A stretch of DNA of 64,000 nucleotides from the NCBI RefSeq assembly GCF_009914755.1, contig NC_060936.1. The stretch is one strand, 5' to 3'. Every line of letters begins with the position of its first letter. Position 1 is the first letter of the stretch. The translations under genes and the position numbers were made by a program. Below the pieces are notes generated by a model. The model did not search any database and was not told the origin of the DNA. It saw only the letters and a program-made list of their open reading frames with translations. The DNA is from the human T2T-CHM13v2.0 reference genome, Homo sapiens. Shown here one piece after another: positions 45,054 through 64,000 of the stretch.

Positions 45054-46037
45054 TTAGCTGGGCATGGTGGTGTGTGCCTGTAGTCCTAGGTGCTGGGGAG
45101 GCTGAGGCGTGAGAACAGCTTGAACCCAGGAGACGGAGGTTGCAGTGAGCTGGCACTGCACCACTGCATTCCAGCCTGTGTGACAGAGTGAAACTCCGAC
45201 TCAAAAAAAAAAAAGAAGAGGGAAGTAGAAGAACACATACGAAATTATGAAATTATGACAGTGGTTTCCTCTGGGAAGAGGTTGTGGAGGGGGTCAGTGT
45301 AAGAGTAGTAAAGGGAGAATTTCAGTGTTGCTATGAATACCTCTGTATTATTCAATCTCTTACAATGAGAACATATTTATTCATGTGATAAAAATAAACA
45401 GGACCCTGGCTGGGGCACAGTGGCTTACACCTGTAATCCCAGTACTTTGGGAGGCCAAGGAGGGCAGATAACTTAAGCCCGGGAGTTCAAGGCCAGCCTG
45501 GGCAACATGGCAAGACCCCCTCTCTATAAAAAATACAAAAATTAGCCCGGTGTGGTGGCACATGCCTGTAGTCCCACTTACTGGGGAAGCTGAGGCAGGA
45601 AGATCAATTGAGCCCAGGAGGTTAAACTATGATTGCGTCACTGCACTCCAGCCTGGGTGACAAAATGAAACCCAGTCTCAAAAATAAATAAATAAATAAA
45701 TAAGACCAAATAAGAAAAGATCAAGTATGAAAATAACCATAACTAGTCAATTTTTGTGAGCTTTACAAGAGCTTGTAACTTCAATAGGCTTTAAGAGCTT
45801 TCAATGAGAATCCATGTTCTTGCCTCTAGCCCTCTTTTCCAAGTTCCTATTATCCTATGACCATGTAAATTTCTTTACCAGGCATCTTGGTAATTATTTC
45901 AATGACTCTAGCTTAGACTTTTTGTGTGTGTGTGAGTTTTCAAAAAAAGACAAGTTGATTTTCTGACTTGGTAACTAATGTTAAAATAGAATGATAAGGT
46001 AAAAGAATCCAAGGGCCAGCACATTGCCCAGGAATAC

Positions 46038-46190
46038 CTTGAAAACTTTGATCTGGCAGCTGGCCGAGTGTAAGTGCTCAGTATATTCCCCGTTTTCATT
46101 CTCCTTGAAGGTATCTATTTGTACTCGGAATGGCACCCCCTTTTCTCCACCATGTTTCCTCATAGTGAACTCTGTGCTAATACAGTGCAC
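46038..46190 (-). CDS. TFCP2: TFCP2 exon 6 ([28 protein letters not shown]...CQIKVFK), core of the CP2/Grainyhead DNA-binding domain
   Basis: ttttcag|GTG ... AAG|gtattc; 153 nt, phase 0/0. Confidence 0.97.
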
Positions 46191-46631
46191 CTGAAAAGAA
46201 TACAACAGCAAGGCTTCAGTACCGCTAGCTAGCCAAACCAGTTGGCAGTATTTTTTTAGCAACTATTAACAGCAAAACCTTTACCAGGCATTATGAATAC
46301 CTACAAAAAACACTTTTCCTCTTTTTGATCTTGAAGAACTTACAATCTGATAGAGGAAATAGAAAAATGCTTTACAAATGCAAACAAAATAAAAGTACAG
46401 ATCTAATGCTAACAAAAGCTACTGTGAGGAACTAAATTCATTAACTGCTTCAAAGAACACAGAGCTAGCAAAAGAGAAATGATTTATGTTAGTTAAAGTT
46501 TCCTCAATTTTAAGGAAGATTGTAGAAAGAGGAGTCACTACCCAGTCTGGGAACATAGTAAATATGAAAGTTCACAGCAATAGTGGAGAAAAAGGTTTGC
46601 TTGGCTACTGCATAAAGTCTAAGATTGGTGA

Positions 46632-46944
<313 letters not shown>

Positions 46945-47201
46945 TAATAGAAGAACCTTGTCTGACTGACTACTCCACAAGATTATAGCTGAAAGTCTTA
47001 AAATCATATATATAAAGTGTTTACTTAACATAGTGACTATTTCATGTGAAGTATTAATAAACTAGTGGTTACTATAATTACTACAAATAAGGATTTTCAA
47101 GGACTCTACCCAAAGAACATAATCAGATACGCAAATCAAATTTTAAGTATAAATATGTTCAAAATAACATCACAGATAATAGTAAAAAATCAGGCCAATC
47201 A

Positions 47202-47570
<369 letters not shown>

Positions 47571-47792
47571 TTACCAAGCAATTTTGGGAGACACAAATAA
47601 ATAAACTGGGGTATTAGAAGAGCAATTCAGAAACTCCTCAATGCTCTCAGGCACAGGTTAAAGAGCCTGGGCTTGACAGTCAGGCTAGAACCCTGTAAAG
47701 ATTTCAAAGTTAACATGTTTTATCCTTTAAGAAATAAACTGATAGTAAGAGAGATACTCTTCAAAACTGGAACCCTATCTGCAACGCCTTAC

Positions 47793-47899
47793 CTGAATAA
47801 ACACAGATGTCCTCTTTGCAGGGTCCCACAGGAACTCCACTGTATTTAGTTGAGTTGGATTAGCCCTAGGATCGATTATACCCACAGACATCGGGATAT
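47793..47899 (-). CDS. TFCP2: TFCP2 exon 5 ([36 protein letters not shown])
   Basis: tttctcag|AT ... CAG|gtaagg; 107 nt. Confidence 0.96.
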
Positions 47900-48771
47900 C
47901 TGAGAAACAAAATGGTAATCATTGAACAATTCTGAGGGCCACTCAGTTTTAAATAAGAAAGCATTGATTCTTATATTACTCAATGTAGCTACCAAGATTT
48001 TTGTATATCACATCCTAAATTTCTTTGTTTTTTTTTTTTGTCGTTGTTGTTGTTTTTTATGGAGTCTTGTTCTGTTGCCCAAGCTGGAGTGCAGTGGTAA
48101 CAGGCCTGGAGTGCAGTGGCACCATCTCAGCTCACTGCAACCTCTGCCTCCTGGGTTCAAACGATCCTCCTGCCTCTGCCTCCTGAGTAGCTGGGATTAC
48201 AGGCCCGTGCCACCACGCCCGGCTAATTTTTTTGTATCTTTAGTAGAGATGGGGTTTCACCATGTTGGCCATGCTGCTCTCAAACTCCTGACCTCAGGTT
48301 ATCCACCCACCTTGGCCTCCTAAAGTGCTGGGATTACAGGCTTGAGCCACTGTGCCCAGCCCACACCTTAAATTTCTTTTTTGTCAATGAAAATATTTGA
48401 TTAGAGTAAAATTGACTTAAGTACTTTGCTTGAGCACCTTTTTTCCTCTTTAAAAAGTTTTTAAAATACGGCAATTAAAAAAATTATTTGGCCAGGCACG
48501 GTGGCTCACACCTGTAATCCCAGCACTTTGGGAGCCCAAGGCAGGCGGATCATGATGTCAGGAGTTCGAGACCAGCCTGACCAACATGACGTAACCTCAT
48601 CTCTACTAAAAATACAAAAATTAGCCGGCCGTGGTGGCCCACACCTGTAATCCCAGCTACTCAGGAGGCTGAAGCAGGAGAATTGCTTGAACCTGGGAGG
48701 TGGAGGTTGCAGTGAGCCGGAGATCGAGCCACTGCACTCCAGCCTGGGTGACAAAGCAAGACTTCATCTCA

Positions 48772-48924
<153 letters not shown>

Positions 48925-49084
48925 TTAGCCAGGCATGGTAGTGGGCATCTGTAATCCCAGCTACCTGAGAGGCTGAGGCAGAGAGAACTGCTTGAACCAG
49001 GGAGGCGGAGGTTGCAGTGAGCCAGTATTGCGCCACTGTGCTCCAGCCTGGGTGACAGAGCAAGACTGTCTCGAAAAACAAAAA

Positions 49085-49250
49085 AATCATTTTTAAATTG
49101 AGAAATAATAATTGTACATATTCATGGGCTATATAGTGATGTTTCAATACATATAATGCATAGTGATCAGATCAGGGTAATCAGCATATTCATTGTCTCA
49201 AACATCTGTCATTTCTTTGTGTTGGGAATGTTTAGTATCCTCCTTCTAGC
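49085..49250 (-). mobile_element. L1MA-type 3' end fragment
   Basis: ATAATTGTACATATT...GATCAGATCAGGGTAATCAGCATAT...CATTTCTTTGTGTTGGGAA. Confidence 0.7.
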
Positions 49251-49460
49251 TTAAAATATGGCAATTTAAAGGCAGTTTCCTTTTAATTTGTTAAAATCCT
49301 ATTTAAGGTGGATTAAGTCTACACTATCATGAAAACTGTAATTTATAATCTATTTCAACTACAGTTTGAAAATTAGTTTCATTGCCAAAAGCACATTAAG
49401 AGTATTGCTATTGAAGGGGTGCAGCAGAGTGTCTATATGAAGGTAGAAAGCATTATATCA

Positions 49461-49815
<355 letters not shown>

Positions 49816-50494
49816 TTACCAAGTCATCAAATAATCCTATAACAGAGTGACAAATCTTTACTTAAAAGGGAAGCAAGAATTAATGGGTTTGAGTAGAACT
49901 TTTCTTTCCATTCCACACAGCAGATATTCAAATAGCATTCCCTGATTTCTCCTATTAATGATCAAACTGGGGAGTTAAGGCCAGGTAATATGTATTATCA
50001 GAACTGTGGTATTAACTATACTACTGTTTTGGTATCAATGATTCAAACAATAGAGCATCAAGTGGGTCCCACTCCACAATATTAGTTGTGTTAGATTCAT
50101 CTTAAGGTCAACTTATCATACAGATATCAGGATCACTGCATGAGAACCAATGTTTTCTCAGGTAAAATTAGTAGCAGTTAAATTTTTCTTAACAACTATG
50201 TTTACCAAAAGGAAATTTTAACCAATTAGAAATCAGAGAGGCAGATACCATGAAAAGTGACTGCATGTGTATTTGTGAAGATCTTTCCTTTATACCCTAT
50301 GACTTAGGAAAAACAAATTCTACTCTGTGTAGCAACGTGGGAAGACACAACTTAACTGCAAACCAAGTGACATAGCTTCTAATACCAGAACTCCCACTTT
50401 ATAGTGCCTGGTTCTCAGGCACTAGTAAAATGAAGGAACTTTCAGCATGCTGGGGAAAAAAGTCTGCCCCTCTTTACAAACGCAAAACAAAATA

Positions 50495-53005
<2,511 letters not shown>

Positions 53006-53238
53006 AACAAAATCAACCTATAGTTGCTATGGAACTAAAGTGTTTACACTTCCAACTTCAATTTTGATATCATTTTAACTTGTATTACTTAAAATTTTTT
53101 ATGCTTAGTAAATAATTTCAAGGTTTATACTAATTGAGCCTCTCAAGCATATGAATCAAGGTAAATGTCAAATAAAGAAAACCAACTCTGGGTCCATAGC
53201 TAAAGGCATTTCCTAGGCAACAGATTCTCTTAACTCAC

Positions 53239-53344
53239 CTATGTCAAGAATTCTGTCTCCAGGTCGGTTCCACCTCCAGCCCTCTAGCTGCTGATGCTCA
53301 GTGTACTGAAGCCTTCTGTCATGGAACACCACACGGAATATACT
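53239..53344 (-). CDS. TFCP2: TFCP2 exon 4 ([35 protein letters not shown])
   Basis: cttttag|AGT ... ATAG|gtgagt; 106 nt. Confidence 0.96.
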
Positions 53345-53484
53345 CTAAAAGGATACAACAAAATCAGATGATAACAAGACCTCTTGAAAATCAGTGCTGA
53401 CAAAGAAAAACTAGCAGGATTCACTGCCAGTTTGTTTCTAAACGCAATCTAAAATTATTTTTCTTAAGATCTGTTTCACTCTAA

Positions 53485-53664
<180 letters not shown>

Positions 53665-54593
53665 TGAGTAGCTGGGATTACAGGCATGTGCTACCACGCC
53701 TGACTAATTTTGTATTTTTTGTAGAGACAGGGTTTCTCCATGTTGGTCAGGCTGGTCTCAAACTCCCAACCTCAGGCGACCCGCCCGCCTCAGCCTCTCA
53801 AAGTGCTGGGACTATAGGCGTGAGCCACCGGGTCCAGCCAATTTCTCAGATAGAATCTTTATAGTTAACTGGTACCATATTTAAAACTTGGCTTAAACTT
53901 CAGTCCGATGGTAACTAGGAATAAAGTACTCCTGTCTGAAGCGTTTCTGCACACCTCTTCTGTTATACCACGGCCTATCTGGCTTAGCTCTTCAGATGTA
54001 TATGAAAAACTCACCAACTCCCCCGCTTGCTAACCCACCATACAACCTGTAAACACTGAGGGTAGGTAGAGCCTGTTTCCATCAACTTTCCTTTTGTTAC
54101 TCTTACTTTGTAGAAGTGCCTATTAATTCCTCCCACCACCTTTTGACAAAACTCCTCTGTTTCAACTGTGCTGTGAATTATCAAAATCCTAACTGTTAAT
54201 CTAGACTAAGAGAACTGCTCTTCATCAAAGTAGCTTCTGTTTTCCTTGCTATAAGACTAAGTATCAAAAAAGACACTGAGGCTTCTCTAAAGATCTCAAG
54301 GAGGTTACTTTACTCCACCCAAAAGAACTTCACTGAGCCAGGGGTGATTACCCTGGACAGGGAGTGGTAAGCGTTCTATTTCTGCAGCTCTGAAAAATTC
54401 ATGTGAATACTGGGGCTTACTCTGACCCCAAAGAAATAACACATCAGCTTACTACTCTGCCAACAAATTACTGCAGGCAAGAGATACCATTAAGCCATTG
54501 GAAGCAAAAGAACATTAACAACAACAACAAAATTTAAAATCCCAAAAGGATTAGTAAAAAATATTGTACAGAAGAATGATTTATTCGTTTTAC

Positions 54594-54670
54594 CTTCACC
54601 AATTTGCCATTAATTTCTGGAAGTTCTCCAAGTTTCCTATTGTCTAGCATTCGAATTTCATAAGACTGTC
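54594..54670 (-). CDS. TFCP2: TFCP2 exon 3 ([26 protein letters not shown])
   Basis: cttctag|GA ... AAG|gtaaaa; 77 nt. Confidence 0.96.
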
Positions 54671-55371
54671 CTAGAAGAAAAAGTAATTACATATTATATT
54701 CACCACAAATTAACTTTGCTAGATTCGGAAAGAATAAAATTCAGTTGGTTGAATATACAACAGTATAATAATATTATTAGTATTAGTAACAACAATCAGA
54801 AGCCTTTACAAGATGCTCAGCACTGTGCTAAGTATTGTCACATTATCTCATTTAACTGATATACTTTTCTAAGGTATTATCAATGCCATTTTACAGACAA
54901 AGAAATTGAAACTTAAAAGAGTTTTAGCAACTTGTCCAAGGCCACACAATTGGTAAATAATAGAGCCAGGTAGAGTAATACTTCTCAGACAGTAACCAAT
55001 GGGAGTGTCTAGGGAATATGATTAGGAAGAGGAAGCTGGACACTAAAAATGGACAGCTAAGCAAAAGAAGCTAGTAATAGATATCAAGTATGACATTAGA
55101 ACTCAAATCTCTGAAGTAGGACTTCTAGTTTGATAGGCCACACTAGAAAGATCTAAGTTTTTACATATAAGTGTACCTAATAAAACATCATAAATGGCCG
55201 GGCACGGTGGCTCACGCCTGTAATCCCAGCACTTTGGGAGGCCAAGGCAGGCGGATCATGAGGTCAGGAGATCGAGACCATCCTGGCTAACACGATGAAA
55301 CCCTATCTCTACTAAAAATACAAAAAAATTAGCCGGGTGTGGTGGCGGGTGCCTGTGGTCCCAGCTACTCA

Positions 55372-55491
<120 letters not shown>

Positions 55492-55543
55492 TCATAAATA
55501 CAGTAGGTCTGCAATAGTACTAATGAATGAGGAAGCATCTAAC

Positions 55544-55695
55544 CTTGATTGAGATACGTTAGGGTTTCATCATGGAGTTTCACTGCTGGAGAGGTAGCAG
55601 CACAAAGCACATATTGAAAAGGCAGGATTTTATTCTCATTATCAGGAGGCAAACTCGACTCTTCTTGCTTAAAAATGGGCAATGCAAGGACATCA
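55544..55695 (-). CDS. TFCP2: TFCP2 exon 2 ([52 protein letters not shown]); exon 1 lies outside the window
   Basis: attttag|T ... CAAG|gttaga; 152 nt; exons 2-15 total 1387 nt, consistent with the 502-aa protein if exon 1 contributes 122 coding nt. Confidence 0.96.
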
Positions 55696-56289
55696 CTAAA
55701 ATAAAACAAATGACTCACATTAATACCTGGCAATGGTGCAAACGCAGGTTTATTGCTGAATGATTTAACTGCAATGCTTTGGAAAGCCATAAACATTACT
55801 CACCTTGGTGGAGTTTCATCCCAAGAATTCCATTTAGATTACCTGCTGTGATATCCCCCTGACCACAACAGTGTGGGTGATGACAGATATTCACTGCTAA
55901 AACCACTAAGTGTTAAAGAGAATGTTTCTAGGAATCATAGACAGGGGTTCCTAAAAGGACTGTGGAAATTATAAACAGAGTTCTAAAATGTATAAATCTA
56001 GGACATTCAGTAACGTCTTCATTCTCAGAAAGGCAACAACTATACTATCTATATAACCATATCAGCTGATTTACTATAAGGACTAAAATAACTTCTACAA
56101 TTCCTTAGAAGCCACGTGAAAAGGACAAATCAATAACGAGTATATATTTCAAGGTCATCTTACATTCTGTGGAATAACAACTAATATTGAGATGTTCCTA
56201 CAAGCCATTTCCTCTAAGAAAAAGCTTTTTGTATCTATCAGTTTATCTAAACTTGCAAACCAAAGACACATACCCATCCTTTGTCAGTG

Positions 56290-57960
<1,671 letters not shown>

Positions 57961-58158
57961 TTTTAAAAAAGAAAAAATATATATAGGCCACAGAGTACTT
58001 CTGGGTACAAAAGAAAAGGAACAGGGTACATGAAATAAAAGAAACAATTAAGATTCCCTTGGCTAGGCACGGTATGGCTCATGCCTGTAATCCCAGCACT
58101 TTGGGAGGCCAAGGGGGGCAGATCACTTGAGGTCAGGAGTTTGAGACCAGCCTGGCTA

Positions 58159-58378
<220 letters not shown>

Positions 58379-58412
58379 TCAGGAATCCAGTGATTTTTTT
58401 TTTTTTTTTTAA

Positions 58413-58703
<291 letters not shown>

Positions 58704-59209
58704 TAACATTCCCCATGTTCAAAATGAAATACATTGAAATCTTTACCTATAATTTAAATATTAAGCTTCTAAAGAGACAAAAATGCTTTTGTTTTAACCA
58801 TTCACAGATGAAAAAGCAATTCTTTATATGTACCTATATATCTCACCTGTATACACATTTTCCCCAATACATCAGATTACAGGGTCACTACCTTCAGGCA
58901 AAGACACTATTGACAGAAAGTTGACTACACTCTTGTGAATTTTACAGACAATATTATAAATTATTACTGGAAAATAAAACAAGTAGCAAATGTTCTGATT
59001 ATTGACTTCACACACAGGTATAATACAAATTTACTGGCATGAACACTAAAAAACAGAGGGGTGGAAGAGAAGAAAATTTTTCTTTCTGTTGATGTCTGAA
59101 TAACAATGTTATTATTTGAATCCAGAAAGATTAGATGCAAACCAGTTTTCATGAAACAGTTTTATTTTTTTTCTTTTCTTTTTTTTTTTTTTTTTTTTTT
59201 TTGAGATAG

Positions 59210-59506
<297 letters not shown>

Positions 59507-60745
59507 TAAAAAATATTTCAAAGGCCAGAAACACAAAAGCCACTTTCTTTTGCTTAGGCTTTGCTCATATGAGTTAAGAGTGGAGAATGTTGAGGGAATC
59601 CTTCTTCCTGTCCATATTAATTTTTTTCCACATGAAACATATTATTGTTCCCTTCAGACTATTTACAACTGTAGAAACATAGAGTTTTCTAAAAAATTAC
59701 TCTGTTCTAGTCCTTTTATTTCTCAAGATCAGGAAGTTACCAGTGCTCTCCTAACAAAAAGTATAGAAAATAAAGTAAAACACCACAAAACTTAACACAG
59801 TGTTAGCATTTCTAAGCCTTTACTACCTTATCATTCTCAAATACATCACATCTGATGATTCCTTAAAAGATTAGTAAAGATTACCAGATTTCAAGGCAAA
59901 CAGAATTTTGAAACATAGCAACAGTTCAACCTCTATGAATGTAGGGTGGTTATTTTTTCTTCTCAAGTATCACTACCAACCAAGGTTAATAAATAGCAAC
60001 CATTCCTAGTCTTCTCAGGATCATGTGGCATTACACCTAACCCATGACTAAGCAAAGGACTGTCATCTGGGGCTGGAATTCTAAAACTGATTCTCAAAGT
60101 TACCCCTAAAATTAACTCAAAACAGTACAGCCAAACCAAATACACAAGACTGTATTTCCTCATCAAAGAGTTTAAGATCTATAAACCCCAAACATATTTC
60201 AATTATTCATATTCTTGCTACACCGCATTTCTTTTAGTCTGCTGCGGGAGCAAAAGTATCATCCAGTTCCACATTCCTAGAGATAGAGGTTAAAGGTCAC
60301 TGTAAATATAATTCTAGGCCCCTATTTATACCAAAACAAAAACAAGTGCATCCAGAAAGAAACAATTTTGGAAATACAAAAGTCTGCTCTTCCTCAGAGG
60401 TGAGTTTAGAAAAGGAAAACCCAAACCCATTCTGGTAGATTCTAAGTAGTTGCTGCCAATGTATAATTTAACATTTTATTATATTTTCTGATTGCTTTAT
60501 GTATTTAATTCATTTTTTTATTTTTATTTTTTGTAGAAATGGAGGTCTTGCTATGTTGCCCAGAGTAGTCTCAAACTCCAAGCCTCAAGTAATCCTCCCA
60601 CCTCTTCTCCCAAAGTGTTGGGATCACAGGCATGAGCCACTGTGCCTAGATTAATTCATTCCAATGAACAATAAGCTATTTGAAAGGAAGACTTCTCTTT
60701 CCTGTTCTTAGCAAATATTCACTGATATGATGTATACTTTTGTTT

Positions 60746-62635
<1,890 letters not shown>

Positions 62636-62969
62636 GGTTGTTTGCATTCACCAGAATACTCAGCACTATATACACTATGATCATTTTGGAATTTTTTATC
62701 TTACCCTATCTCTGATCAAAATATAAAGATATAGAAATCACAGGCTGGGCGTGGTGGCTCATGCCTGTAATCCCAGCACTTTGGGAGGCTAAGGTGGGCG
62801 GATCATGAGGTCAGCAGATCAAGACCATCCTGGTCAACATGGTGAAACCCCGCCTCTACTAAAAATGCAAAAATTGGCCAGGCACGGTGGCTCACGCCTG
62901 TAATCCCAGCACTTTGGGAGGCTGAGGCAGGTGGATCACGAGGTCAGGAGATCGAGACCATCCTGGCTA

Positions 62970-63266
<297 letters not shown>

Positions 63267-64000
63267 TCAGCATGGAGGTATAGCAGAAAGCAATTGAGTG
63301 AAAGAGGAACAGAAGCAATATCAGGAGTGATCTTTCTTGAATGTAACTAGGATTCCACAAAGAGCTGCTTCATGGTCCCCCGAGGTATAAATTACCCTTT
63401 TGAGAAAAGGCAGCCCTGAATGGTCTCTAATTCATAACTGTGGTTTAGCTTTCTTCCTTCAGGCCTACCAGCTGTTCGAGATGCTCTGTTCTAGAAAGAG
63501 CCTAGAAAAGGGAGAAGGAGAGGGTTGAAGAGTGTTACCTTGAGTAAGAAAGGCAGTAGATAGCATCTAAGGAACTTAGAAACTAACTTGGGACAATAAG
63601 ATGTCATGAACTTCAACTTTCCTATTTGTAACCCTCATTTAGCCTCCACTAAATAAGAATAAGGCATTTGAAACAAAAGCATGCTAACATCCCTGTGTTA
63701 GCTACAGCATGAAAGGGCAACAGCTGAAGAGACTACACTCTACTCTGAGGCCAGCTTCAAAAGAAAAAAAATCTCCAGCAAACAATTGGCCATAACAACT
63801 TTAAGAAAATAGATTGATTTTCTGGGATTTGTGGGAAGGATGTAAGGTCAGATCAGGGAGGAGACCTGGCAAGAAGAGATGGCCCTGTGGTTTTACCATA
63901 AAGCCAGTGATGATACAAGATTTCTGCTACTGAAAAATCTCATTCAACTAAAAAGCAGCATATATGATTTTTAAAATTTGCCTTGCTAATTATTCTATCA

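Noticed and set aside
53900-53915. GTCCGATGGTA resembling the Y4 RNA 5' end; also a faint U6-like CATATTTT near 9820
   Set aside because: Matches are about 11 nt or less and do not extend, so no RNA gene is called.

Overview
Alu-dense primate genomic DNA, recognised as human 12q13 from its gene content. Two minus-strand, intron-containing transcription-factor genes dominate. CSRNP2 has its complete CDS here: 4 coding exons (13478->636) splicing to 1632 nt = 543 aa, plus a non-coding exon 1 in a CpG island with a TATA-like box and two ZNF143/THAP11-type motifs at ~20.5 kb; its 3'UTR runs off the left edge. TFCP2 (LSF/CP2) has exons 2-15 (55695->32158) and its 3'UTR to ~30.6-30.7 kb; exon 1 lies beyond the right edge. 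Every splice junction was checked by hand as GT-AG and phase-consistent. TFCP2 introns hold an RPL35A processed pseudogene (intron 7, antisense, no tail) and a PHB1 processed pseudogene (intron 1) nested with an Alu inside a MER39-like ERV1 solo LTR. The rest is about 80 Alu copies or fragments (counted by eye), L1, L2, MIR and hAT MITE relics. Almost all other ORFs in the track are Alu or L1 read-throughs. I see no convincing new biological system. The most unusual items are a triple target-site duplication (two retroinsertions at one nick), a 201-codon PHB retrocopy ORF with a triplicated AEQQKK unit, fold-back/templated-insertion scars, a DM2-like intronic (CCUG)13, a CSRNP2 uORF overlapping a strong cryptic donor, and inverted Alu pairs bracketing skippable exons.
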